A stretch of DNA of 63,961 nucleotides, counting the filler, from Dimargaris cristalligena (lineage: Eukaryota), in the NCBI GenBank assembly GCA_003614675.1. It is 4 parts of 4 records of this genome, joined end to end, with 100 filler letters (N's around TTAATTAATTAA, not from the genome) between each part and the next. Parts side by side here need not be neighbours in the genome. Positions count along the whole stretch, not along the records: positions 1 to 15,975 come from ML002864.1; positions 16,076 to 32,021 come from ML002865.1; 2 more parts are not named here. One strand, given 5' to 3'. Shown in pieces: positions 12,044-23,917 of this stretch (its first letter is position 1; each line of letters begins with the position of its first letter). The notes beneath the pieces are model-generated. The model was not told where the DNA came from. It made no database searches and saw only the letters and a list, made by a program, of their open reading frames with translations. Both the position numbers and the translations under genes were made by a program.

Positions 12044-12507
12044 AAGCCAATTTCGTATTTTACCAATGGCGAAAAAGCTGACGGGGCGTTGGCCTGGTTG
12101 AATATTGCTCATGACCAACGTCCTGTAACTCCGAGGGCCTCATTTTGTAAAGGAGTTAGAGTTTAAATCATTTTTAGTAATTAGTTTTCTTCTTCAACTG
12201 AAGAATGGGATATGCTACCCAAACAAGCCCAGTCGCATGGAACAGCTAGTCTAATTTAAGACATTTGCAAGGCTACGGTTATATATAGGGTATCATATTT
12301 CCCTGCCAATAAACTTAGTATATCTTATTTAGCTGGGCCAATTAGTAAGCGCCCGAACTTGGCCTGATGATGGTGTATTCCAGTATTTTATTTAATGGTC
12401 GAGCGGATTCCCTTCAGGGACGGTGAGATGATGTCTTTTGAGTATTTAAAATATACATGGTGATTGCGCTACCCCATCTACTGGGTGTAACATTTCTGGT
12501 AAGGTGG

Positions 12508-13583
12508 TTAGCCCCAGGCAGCAGTCGTGCAGTAATTGACAATAAGTTGCCCGTCCGTCTTGAAGCACTGGTGAGAGAAAATAGAAGGTACCATACAAAA
12601 AGAAGTCTGAAAACTGTTTAACAACAAGGATTTTCCTAAGGCCCCGGAGATAACCAAGACATATTGTAAGAGTAACTTGGCATAGAATACGATATGGCAG
12701 AAGTTCATCCAGGCTGTATAGCGAATAGTCCATTTGATGAGGTAAATACTACTGGTCAAAAGTTATCTCCCACATATTATCCCATACATATATTGTGTGA
12801 AATCTTATACAGTTGGGTTGAAGTTCACCCATATGGTGCTTACCCGGAAGAGGTTTTCGACCGACTCATCGGGCGACGGCGAGAAAGCGCTACTTATATA
12901 TACAAACTGGTGATACCCATCGATTTGGCATTTGTAGGTAAAGTAATCGGTATACATATAGCTGTGGTTAAGTCGCGGGCAATAGGGGATAGTAATGGTA
13001 CTAAGCCAGGCGAGGGCTCAAAGAGAAAGGGGTTTCGTTATAACGGAATATTCGTCTAGAGTACTCACCAAAGGGTCAGAGGCCTTGTAGTTAAGTTCCT
13101 TGCGAAGGAACTGGATTACCAGCTGGAACTTATTAGTAGTGGAAATCTTGAAGAAGCTCCGTTTGAGAATTGGCGCATTGCCGATGGCTCGAAAGCGAAT
13201 TACGACTAGATATATATATGTGTGTGTATAAAGACCGTTGGCCCAAGATGTAATGGCACAACAACATAGGGTTCAATAAAAGTACCTTGTGAATTTAATA
13301 TTTGGACGAGGGTGAGGGTGGAAGTTAAGGTAGGCGGGGTAATCTCCCTCGGTTGGAAGGGGGGTCGGGTAATTCAGTTACTGGCCCTTTTTCTCGACCC
13401 CGAAATGGAGCTAAATATTCGCCCTGATAAATGGAACCTACCTTTACTCGGGGGTGGGGTAATGTCCGGCTGGCCGGTGGGGGAAATCGAAAGGTCGGCT
13501 GACTGACTATCGTTATTAGCGGAACCGGCCGAAGAAGAGCCTGGCCGAGAAGCAAGGGAAGCGCTGCCTTCGGAACTTGCCAT
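12508..13583 (-). CDS. ATG12: Ubiquitin-like autophagy protein Atg12
   Basis: Four exons: 13583-13442, 13205-13069, 12906-12844, 12567-12508. All introns are GT-AG and phase-consistent (133 aa). Motifs VVIRFRAIGNAPILK, FVYISSAFSPSPDE and C-terminal YCTTAAWG. Confidence 0.95.
12692..12834. mobile_element. MITE-like dispersed repeat, copy 2 (143 bp), inside ATG12 intron 3
   Basis: Direct repeat of 4101-4244. Lies 9 nt from the intron 5' splice site at 12843. Confidence 0.7.
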
Positions 13584-14127
13584 TGGACGACAGGGGCTGT
13601 GAATGAGGGACGGGGTAAGAAACGTGGACGTGATATAGAAAAAAGCTGGCGGACCAGCAAGTAAGGAAATGTGGCAGGTGTAGTCGCAATGAAGAAGGTG
13701 GACTAGCCAAACAATTGAAGAAGGGGAAGAAAGGGTCGACGCCCATGGTCCGCGTACCAAAGTAGCTTCTGCTTTGCTTGACTTGCAGTTCTGGGATGTC
13801 ATACACAAAGCATTTCCAACTATGCAGAGGCACATTCCCTCTCCGCTTTTTATAAAGGGGGACGAAGTGTGACCTAACTCTCCCAATGAAATACCAATGG
13901 GATGGTGGGTGGGATAGCTGTTGTTATCTTGTAATTCTAGGCCTAGTCAACGGATACTGGGATATACGGCGGAGTTGGACTTATTTACATTTTATTTCAT
14001 TTTATAATAAGATATGCTCAATATGGCCAATAGGTTTCCATTCTAAAAAGCGCCAATGTCGCAAGAGAGGGTGCAGAGTGTAAGAAAACTACCACCAGGC
14101 CCTCCAGTCGCATCCAACTAGAATAGC

Positions 14128-15836
14128 TTAGAGAAGCTCTTGCGTATTCTGGCCACCCAGGACGGGTAAAATCAACACTGGCTCTGGTTCTGTTTCGGGG
14201 TGCATTTGGTTATTCTGGACATATATCTGGGCGTCAACAAGGTGTCGGGTAAACTGAAACTCCTTGAGTTGCCTGTCCAAGGGGCCCCCGACTTTGACCC
14301 TGGCCAGTACCATGTTGTCGCTTTCTAGTGCACCGCTGGGTACCATTTGGTGAAGATCACCCTCGGGTGTCAACCATTGGTAATTCTGATCTATAAAGGC
14401 GGTGGATGAGTTCGTATCTAACGGCACATCTTCTATATCGCCCCAGATGGACTTCATGAACTTCAGGGCAGATTCGAGTCGATAATTTGCAATGACACGT
14501 AGGTAGTGGACCTGCGACTCTTTAAATAGGGGTATTTTACAGAGTGGCAGCCTCTCATCGAGTTGGTCCATATGCGACAGGACCATGTCAATGACCGGAC
14601 GGTTGCCATCAATTGCGGCCCTAAGTAATAATCAAGCGGGCATGTTTGTGTAGATTCTCGACTTGGCGTATACGAATACCGCACATGGAGTGGAATGCCC
14701 ACCTCATCGCTACAATCAGAAATCCGGCAATTTTGGCGATGGCATTGGTTCGATAGAGATGCCATAAGCTAATGTTGATTATATTGAAAATGGCAGTGGC
14801 AAGATAGTTGGTGGGCCGAATCGAAATGTTGGGTATGTTCAATCCAGGTGGACTAAAGGGGAAAAACGGCGGAGGCTGCATCGCAGCTTGGTCAAAAAAG
14901 ATGTTGAAAAGTACACCAAAGAACATACCCAGGCTCCGGCCCGTGGTTCGGGAAGCTAAGGGGAACCATTGCCGAAACTCGGGGAACGATAGACTGCCTA
15001 GTGACACGAAAACCCGGTGGTTATCCGCAAGTAGGGGAAGATTTTTATGAGATACGAGAAACTGGGCATAATTATTTGCGATTGGCCACTTTCGCCTGAT
15101 ATCGAAATCAGTGCTTGCTTGGCAGTTGATAATCTTACAGTACTCGAAAGCCTGCCCCCATTCGCTATCAACCTGATCGAGGTAGACTCCCCACGTCTCC
15201 AGTGGGGTTACCGTATACCACATCCGCGAAAATAACACCCAGAGCCTATGGCTATTGTACTGGACACAGGCCTCCTTGAAAAACTTTGGCTGGTTATTGA
15301 TGATCTATGGGGTGACAGGGTTCAGTCCGTATATGTAGGGTGCATTATTATACCGTTGAAGTAAGTATAAAGCACTGGGCTAGAGGGTACCAATAATACG
15401 TCGGCCACATAAAATGATAGCTGGTTAAGGTATAGAGTGTTTATAATTACGGGAGCTGCCAATGTAAATACTCCTTTTGCCAGCCCCCTCATTGCTTGGA
15501 AGATCAGAGGAGGTCCTAGGTACTTCCGGTTTACTAAGGGTTCTAATTACCCCTGAAAAAAGTGATATCACTACTTACCTTTGTAGAAAGGACTTCCTTG
15601 GCATCGGCGCCAAGTTGGCTCTTTTGGTCTAATAAAACCACCAGTTCAGGTACACCGATGTGCGATAAAACTTCGAGTTGGAGTTCTCGGGGTAACCCAT
15701 AAAACTTCGAGGCTAAAGTGTGATTACTTTTTTGTGGTTTTCTACTCGAATGACCGGGCAGATTCGAATATTGTTGGGCCATGGCTGAGACCACCATAGT
15801 GGCCTCTAAAAGCACTAGCACATATGTCTGTTTCAT
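14128..15836 (-). CDS. Predicted secreted protein with an N-terminal F-box-like motif (~450 aa)
   Basis: Three exons, 15836-15579, 15304-14703 and 14620-14128, join in frame. Signal-like MKQTYVLVLLEATMVVSAMAQ, then F-box-like FYGLPRELQLEVLSHIGVPELVVL, and later an ankyrin-like MRAAIDGNRPVIDMVL across the exon 2/3 junction. Confidence 0.7.
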
Positions 15837-15975
15837 AATCATTGGTCTGGGTGTAGCAGTTGGGAAAGTATTAATTAGGTATAGTTTAAAAGTGGAGCAT
15901 TACAATTGTCACCCGAGTTAACCACTCTTAGTCCGTCAAGAGTCTCGGGGATAGGCTTCTAACAGTAGGCGGGGC

Positions 15976-16075
15976 NNNNNNNNNNNNNNNNNNNNNNNNN
16001 NNNNNNNNNNNNNNNNNNNTTAATTAATTAANNNNNNNNNNNNNNNNNNNNNNNNNNNNNNNNNNNNNNNNNNNN
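15976..16075. other. Assembly spacer (N44-TTAATTAATTAA-N44)
   Basis: Artificial linker with stop codons in all six frames, flanked by Ns. Confidence 0.98.
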
Positions 16076-16830
16076 ACGTCCTGGTGACCTGGGCCTAGGA
16101 ATAGGTGCCGCCGAAGTTTGTGGTTCTTGGGGAGGCGGCACAACATAATAATTTAAGTTTTTGTTTCTTGTAAACCTAATAGAAATATTACTAATTATAG
16201 CTACATATTAAGATGTGTTGGATACCTCTACCCGAGATAGGTACGCTCGCTGTGATTGATAATTTAACCCCCACTTTCCGGTTTACCATCCAAGCTTGGA
16301 TTTTGCCATTTCAAAGATGATTGCAGGTACCTACGGCGCCTTATCTTACTACAGGAATAGTCATGAGAAATGTATCGCCCAATTAACCTGGCTATTAGGA
16401 GTGAGTGGGTCGATAGCTTAGCTAAGGTATATTTACGCTCATAGGGTTAAAATTGGTCACTTATTATTACTAATGTTTGATAGAAGTCAGTATTGTATTT
16501 CTACTATTTTATTTACTTATTTAACCAGATAGACTGGCACTAGTGAATAATCGAATACCTGGCCATATTCATCAAAGCCATTTATTGTGGCGCAGTCTTA
16601 TACTAGTTAAGTAGCCAATAGCTTCTGGATAAGGGCGATATTAACTCGGGGGCATTACTATGGAGGTAAATCTTAAAAACCAACCTTACCACTCTCTCCA
16701 CTGACCCACTTCCTAATCATTTTTGTATATATATATTTTCCAATTTGGACCATACTCATTTCGCTTGTGCTTGACCTTTACCACAGTAACTAATAGTCGA
16801 GGAGAAAGAGAGAGGAACACCACTTCTGCC

Positions 16831-18707
16831 ATGTCACTACCCTTGTGTATTCCTTATTCAGACAGTCTTCTTTTACGTCGTCGCGAAATCGGGGCCATTG
16901 GTCCCTTGGTGGGCCAAACCTGGTACCAATTCCAGCACCTACGGCGTCTCGCATTAGTAACGAATCGGCGGTTACTCCATGGCGACCTACCCTCGGCCGA
17001 GCCACCAGCCGGCGGTGACCCGACTGTGGTGGCCCCCCACATAGCTGCTACGGGCTCGTCCAGCGGCGGAGGCGCGCATACCTGGGTGTCAAGTCTTGCC
17101 ATTGAGCGCATCGAGAGCCGGTACTTACTCGCGGGCAGTGGGAATGGTTCACTTCACCTTTACGATTTGGACGAAGGCGTCGGCGATGACCCACATTCTA
17201 GTGGGTCCGGTGGTGGTGGGGGGTTGTCGTCCGCCCCGCCAACGGCGCCCCGTACCATCACTCCCCTCGGCGAAATTCCCCGGCCCGCCGGACATGCTTA
17301 TACCGTCTCCGATGTGCACTGGTACCCTTTTGACACGGGCCTATTCACCACCTCGTCGTTCGATACGACGCTGAAAGTCTGGGACACTTCGGCGTTGCAG
17401 GCTGCGTGTACTTTCCACCTTCAGGACAAGGTGCTGTCCCATACTTTGTCGTCCGTGGCCCCGGGTACGAATCCGTATGCGCATTGCCTGATTGCGGCGG
17501 CCACGACTAACCCCTTGGTTCGTCTCTGCGATTTACAGTCCGGGGCTTTCACCCAGACTTTAACCGGCCATGTTGGTCCCGTTATAAGTTGCCAGTGGTC
17601 GCCTCGACACGCTCACTTATTAGCGACGGGCGGAACCGATGGGGCGGTCCGGCTTTGGGACATTCGACGGGCGTCGTCGTGCTTGATGGAGCTAAATTGT
17701 CGACAATCCCAATCTGAATACCAGTTGTCGCAACAACCACCTCCAAAACGAAAGGCGACCCTGGGCTCCAAGCGGACCAGTCGTCAAATGAATACCATGA
17801 GTTCTAGAGGCCGGGCCCATCAAGGAATGGTCAATGGGTTGAACTTTACCGAAGATGGGTTTTACCTGGTAACTGTAGGCAGCGACCAGTGTATTCGGCT
17901 CTGGGATGCTGCCACCGGCGATTTATTACCAGTATGTAGTAAAACCAGTGGTGGTGTATATGTATGGCCTCTATTTCCAATAGCCGTATCCTCTCCTTCC
18001 CACGCGGTGACATATATCTATTTCCGCGTTTATTAAATTCCACATACCTTTCCTTTCCATTGCGCCACCTGAATTAGGTCGATTTTGAACCCCAGTTCCA
18101 CTGCCGGTCACAACGCAAGTACGATGTGGTGATCCCACCGCTCGCTGACGCCTGGCCCTTGCCCGTTTTTATACCGCAGACTAAATTCCGTGATGTTCAC
18201 TGTTGGGATATTCAGAGTGGTCAGTTTATCAAGCGACTAGAGGGGGCTTTCCGAGAGGTCATCTCTGCCTGCTGGCGAGTCGGGCACGAGGTAAGCAAGA
18301 GCAATACTATGATCGGCTGATCCAATAGCATTTTAATTTATTTCACCTTATTTCACTGTGGCACGTCTTAATACTAACAATCTATATTATTGATTAATGG
18401 TTTATTTGGGAACCTGATTCTTTAGGAGCTATATGCAGGCGGTTATGACCAAGAAATATTGGTTTGGGCACCCGAATTGCCTGGTCAGAAACTGGTGCAT
18501 CAAGAGGCGGTAAGTGATTTTAAAACCATTATGTATATAGAAGGGGCCCTCAACTATCGGGATCCTTTTTGCGAAAAGTATATATAGTATTATTATAGGC
18601 AGTAGTACCTAATTGGACATAACAACTGACACACTTGGCCAATTATAATGCATATTTCCTCATTTATTACTCAGGCCCAGCGAGACGAATGGTCTGATAG
18701 TGATTAA
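16831..18707 (+). CDS. ERCC8: WD40 DNA excision repair protein ERCC8/CSA (Rad28-like)
   Basis: Exons 16831-17931, 18078-18290, 18426-18509 and 18675-18707. Motifs IERIESRYLLAG, WYPFDTGLFTTSSFDTTLKVWD, VRLCDLQSGA, VRLWDIRRA and acidic end DEWSDSD. Confidence 0.93.
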
Positions 18708-18770
18708 TCGCCAAACAACCCAGCCATGGGTTTGCTGATACTATGTATTCTTATGCCGTTGGGTCGAAGG

Positions 18771-21700
18771 TCAAAGGCCCAACTGTGCCAACTTCCAGTC
18801 AATGTAATTGTTTAAATTGGCGTAGTCAGCCGAGCACATACACTGTATTTCCACTTTATGGCCCGTTTGTAACATGCGCTGAAGTTCATATCTAGTACAG
18901 GTGATTCGAAGTTTTCCAATGTATATACTATTGGCTTGTATTTTAATAACCGCATCTTTTTAAATACTCTAACGATTACTTGAAGATTGTCCATCGCCAA
19001 AAGTATGTCGCTTAAGACCCATACCACCCAATACAAGTGGAGCTTGGGATGCCCAAGAACAAAATTATATAGCTGTCTAATGCAGTGGAGTGGTCGTGGG
19101 TTGAACTTACCGGTAATGGGGATTTTGGGTAATATCAGGCCTTTGTAATAATGTGCCAATTTTTTCCACATCAGGCGCTGTTAGAGGGATCTGGAACTGT
19201 TGGCTATCCGGAAAACTATTAATATAAAGTAGCAAGGTATACATCATGCAGGCCTTTAAAATCTTTACTTCACTGCTCCCCCCTTTTGTGTCAATGTTCG
19301 TTGGTAAACACATGTAGAAAAGCCGCGTACTCTGCCAATAAAGAATTTAATGATACTATTTACGGGATGGGTTACCTGGTCAGGTCCTGGCTTTGAATAC
19401 CCATCCAAATTAACCGGGGAGCCGCTAGCCGGGCACGGTCAAAATCCATGGCCTGTTGTGGTATAATTAAAGGGCTCACGCAAAAGGAATATCAGTTCAG
19501 TACTGCTGTTTTAGCAGGGTATTTACTTATATGATTCAATGTTGGGCCAGCCGATACGGTATAGGCGTTCTTTAGAGAGTAAAATACTTACTTTAGATCC
19601 CATCTTGTAGGTTAGCATGATTTCAATACCTGGGATAGGGATAGTACGATATGGTGGTCCATAATCTATTATATTTGATACGGCCTCGTGTGTCATCGTA
19701 TAACCCAGTGCAAAATATATCGGGTTCGAAAGTATCCCTCCCGGAAATATTTGATGGTGTCAAGTTTGGGTATTTACCGTGAGGGTCCCCGTCAACTAAG
19801 CAAAGTACAGGTATATTTATGGCACCAGGAGAGCGGCTAATTAAGGCAAGAAACTCTCGCGCACAAATATCCTTTGAGTTTGAAAATGATTAAACCAATG
19901 ATTTGTAAAATATAAAGCAGTATTAATTACTCATTTGTGACACTAAATACCAAGCATTCGAAAGGTAGGTCAGGATGAATTAACTTACTGGGTAACCTTT
20001 GGCCTGTGTAGCACGTTAAGGGTTAAATGGGGCTCTCATCCATAATATATCTGTGAGTAAGCTGCATGGAGCTTTTCACATCACGAACTTCCCAACCGTT
20101 GTGCCTGGATACATCTTCAAGTAAAACTAACCGTCATGATGAAACACGGGTGGTGTTTTTGACAAAAATTTGACGCTAAAAGAGAGTGAAAGGTAGACTA
20201 GCCAAGTGAAAATGGGTTCGAGTAGGCATAGTCGAAATTAGATAATAGAGGGTGAGTCGAGGACCATGCAGTACCCATATCTAACGAGCCAAAGACGTGG
20301 AGCAAAGGGTTGGGCAAATTCGCATATCCAATACCTCTTTTTCGACTACTAATATGAATCGGGCCCAGGTTTGAATCTGCAATTATCGGGTAATCCAGTA
20401 TTCAAGGATTAGCGATTAATTTCACCAGGAGTAATCCAGTAGATGGCTTGGTATATTTAGGACGTTTCAAATATGCAGCAGCATATGCCAACTGACCTGT
20501 TGTTCCATTTGTAAATCAAAAAGCTGCATGCATATGAATGAATCGAATAATGAGTCGGTAGTTAGCTAGGCTGTGTAGGAGTGTTCTGCTTTAGCATATC
20601 GGGTTGACTAGACTGGTGACTAGTGCCTAGGATTTTTCGGGAATCTAATAACCAATATTATAATGCGACTACATACGGGTATACCAAACTGGATTTCTTT
20701 ACAATGGGGGATACTATAGTCCTGAACAATTCTATCGTTGTGGAGAACACGAACCGCGCCAAATCCTAAGCCTTTGGGCGCAGATAACTGTATAGATTAT
20801 ATAGCATTTTAAACCCCACGTTCAGGGGACTGAGCTGGACATAGGTCAATTGAGCTTTACGTAAAAATCACATATAAGCAGCCCAATTATTATTTACTGA
20901 TATGGTAACCTACGATATTAAAACTCCGCCACGGTTGGTTAAGATGTTTGGAGATTGCCAGTACGATCTAATAGGGTGTATTGGTGGATGTTAGAGAAGT
21001 GACGTTAGATTTGATTGAATAGCTAGACATGGGGAGCGTGTCCTGGTGGAGTCACGGTTCAATTAGAATCATACTACCGCAGCTCTTCTCGCACCTATTG
21101 CCGTACTAGTATGTGATAGAAATAAGGCTACCTTGTCCAGATTGGCTTGGTTTCCGAATAGATTGACGTCGCGATAGTAAATATCTCTAGGACCAAAGTG
21201 AAGCGTTTAAATTTATAAAAGGGTAGTTGCTCCGCTGTTAAGATTAATAGGGAATGTACCCATGTTGGTCTATTGGAGTGAACAGTAAGCCTAGTAGGCC
21301 GGGATTCGCCACCAACCTTTTAGTGCAACACTTGTTATGGTGAAGCAGATCCTCAATAATCTCTAGAGTTCGGATGTACATGGCTTGAATTAAAAGTATT
21401 AGATTGATAAAAATGAAATAGACCCAATGTCATGAATATTCCGAGATTAGAAGCCAGGAGAATTCGAACAATCAAGTCCAAGATAAAATGGCCTTGAACG
21501 TTCACTTTTGATCGAACATTGAGGGATTCGCCAAGAAGCAGATTGTTAGAACCTACCGTATGTGTGTCGCTGGTGGTGGTGGCTGAAGGTAATATTCGAG
21601 TAAACCGGCTCACTAAAGGTGACAGCAGTCGCTCCAATGAGATGGCATAAGTCAGCTATTCGTTCAAAAGCCTAGGCCCATCACTTTTATTGATCGTCGC

Positions 21701-22834
21701 GCTACTGCCTTGGGGGGATGTGTAAGGACCAACTCATTGATTAACGGCAGCATAAATTTACTAATCGCCTGCGTCCAGACATCATACATTACCTTTTACC
21801 CGCAGTAGATGCACTCCGAGAAGTAGACTGGCCATGGCCGTGGATTTGAATTTGGAGAAGGGGGCACTCTCCAGTCATTATTAAATTTAGTTGCCCATCA
21901 AGGAGGTCTGCGATGTCCCGTCGGAGCTTCACCCTGGAATCAAGCTGGCTGCTCGCCAAAAGCATGTATTGGTCGTCTCTGCATAGATATTACAAGCAGA
22001 GGGAATCCCGCTGTGATTAATTGAATTTCTCGGATGATGAAAGCAACTGGGGTGGAGTGGGTATAGGCGCTCTACAACCCCCCCCCTGGCTCGAATTAGT
22101 GCATTGTCTATGCGGAAGCCGATATCCGGCCGGGAGGGCTTTGGAGATAGAAAGTGAAGGCAAACTTACAATGGCCAGCTGCCCCCTCCACTGCTCTGGC
22201 TAGTCAATTCGGTAGCTTCACCATGGCTTTCCGGCCAGGTCCAGGAGAGACTCTCCTCGGATACACTTCGCTCGGAGCTCAACGCGACTGAAGTAGTACT
22301 GCTGAATTCACTAACTAAGAGGGGCTCTAGTGAGGTACTGCCAGCACTAGGTGCAGGAAGGCGGACTTGTTCTGTGAGTCGATGAATGTATTAAAAGGGG
22401 TTGGTTAAGTGGGGCAGGAAAAAAAGGGGGGAGGTGGCACCATGTAGGAAGATGTACACCTCGCCTTTCCCTCGGTGACACGGAAACTGTGGGGGCCGGG
22501 CGCACACTAGCCTGCATGTTTCCCCTCGGTTAGTAGAGATCGTATACATCTAGACATGCCGATGGCACTGGGAATGGATTGACATACGGAGTGAATACTC
22601 AGTGGGCGCCCATGGAGTGGTTCCTGACGACGAAGCAGATGAGGAGAGTGACGCCCAGTCAGAGTCGGCCAAGTCGGCGGTAGCATAGGGCGAAACAAGA
22701 GGGGGGTCCATCGAGGCAGCGAATGAAGAGAACAGGTCTGGCGATAATACACCTCTGTTGGGGAGGGCCAGACGATAGGCCAGGTCAATAAACGTGAAAA
22801 TATGGATAGATGAAGTAGAGAAGACAGAGGTCAT
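18771..22834 (-). CDS. SPO11: Meiotic double-strand-break transesterase Spo11 (TopoVI subunit A homolog), ~17 exons
   Basis: Hand-spliced exons: (22834 or 22711)-22588, 22371-22170, 21978-21793, 21612-21557, 21383-21317, 21186-21132, 20967-20914, 20787-20677, 20523-20497, 20376-20335, 20197-20132, 20003-19989, 19871-19778, 19629-19592, 19452-19376, 19215-19111, 18891-18771. Motifs TKRDIYYRDVNLFGNQ (catalytic Tyr), APKGL, ARFILVVEKESTF, TAKGYPD, LVDGDPHGIEIMLTYKMGS, WMG, ELQRMLQTGHKVEIQ. The start codon and 5' exons are less certain. Confidence 0.93.
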
Positions 22835-23917
22835 GGGGGCCTCCCCTCTCACCACCACCTTTAAGGAGTGTGGCCAGTGGGAATGGCTAGTGCATACAAA
22901 CAAACCGAGGGCGGGACTCCAGCATTATTAAACGAGGGTGGGTGTATGCCAGTGTTGCACCCTCCTATGCCTCGCCGACGCATACACTGATGCTTGGCCT
23001 TATACGCATTCAGCCCAGAAAAAGTGCCCGCTGACCGAGCCAATCCAGGCTTCTACAGTGGTCCGGCGCGGGAACGGCTTGGCCGTATATGGATCGTGGT
23101 CTAGTGCTGATTTTCTTCCGTGGACCCGGCTTCCTGTCTCATGTTCACGGGCGGTTGGGTATAAAAAGGCCGCCTTTCGCAGCAGTCCGAGAAGCCGAGT
23201 TGCTGTTCTTTTGTTCTGGATCCATTTTGCTTAATTTATTTTTATTGAAGGGCTACATCACTCTTTCCCCCTTTTCGCCTACCTCGTTTTTGTACCCGTC
23301 CGTCGTCCAACCCCAGTTCCTTGAAATCCCCCTGTGTTGAAGCTGTGTGTAACCTACTGCCTGTCTCCTGCTAAATCGCCTGATTTATACGCGTCCCTGT
23401 TATTTATTCCTAGCAGGTCCACAGACTGGAGGGCAGTTTGCCATTTTGTCCTAGCCCTCCCCCCCACTCCGCTCGCCTCGACTCCAGCTCCCTTTCTACT
23501 AAGATTTCTATATCAGTTCGGCCGTTATTGAGCAGCCAGCTTCACTTTGGGCTCTGTATATCGCACTCCTCCTCTTTTCCCTATTTCTGATTGTACTTTG
23601 ATTCACCCTATATCTTTGTTAACGTCCTAAATATATCACCCGTCGGCTTCTGGTTTCAGTCACCTTGCTTTTTACTAGTGCGCTTAGTGTACGCCCTTTC
23701 CTATATATTTTTCATATTATATTTATTATCCTCGCTCTCCACCCCTAGCGCACGGTCTCTGTCTCCGTCCGCTCACTTTTGCCGTTCCCCCCATTTCCCC
23801 AACTTTAGAATCCCCCTCATTCTTATTCCCCTTTTTTTTATTAGTACTTTAAGTTCCTGCAGAGTCCACCCTTCGTCTGCTCACCTTTCCTCTATTCCCT
23901 GCCTAACCCACTGTATC

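Noticed and set aside
14128..15238. Apparent frameshifted pseudogene (overlapping ORFs in three frames)
   Set aside because: An 82-nt GT-AG intron (14702-14621) restores one continuous frame.
16020..16031. TTAATTAATTAA palindrome repeated three times in the window
   Set aside because: Always centred in N runs. It is an artificial six-frame-stop linker, not biology.
18812..19171. 119-aa minus-strand ORF
   Set aside because: Spans SPO11 exons and an intron in a different frame; a shadow ORF.
23089..23917. Hydrophobic ORFs upstream of the RapGAP gene
   Set aside because: Pyrimidine-rich promoter/5' UTR sequence that produces spurious Phe/Leu/Ser-rich translations.
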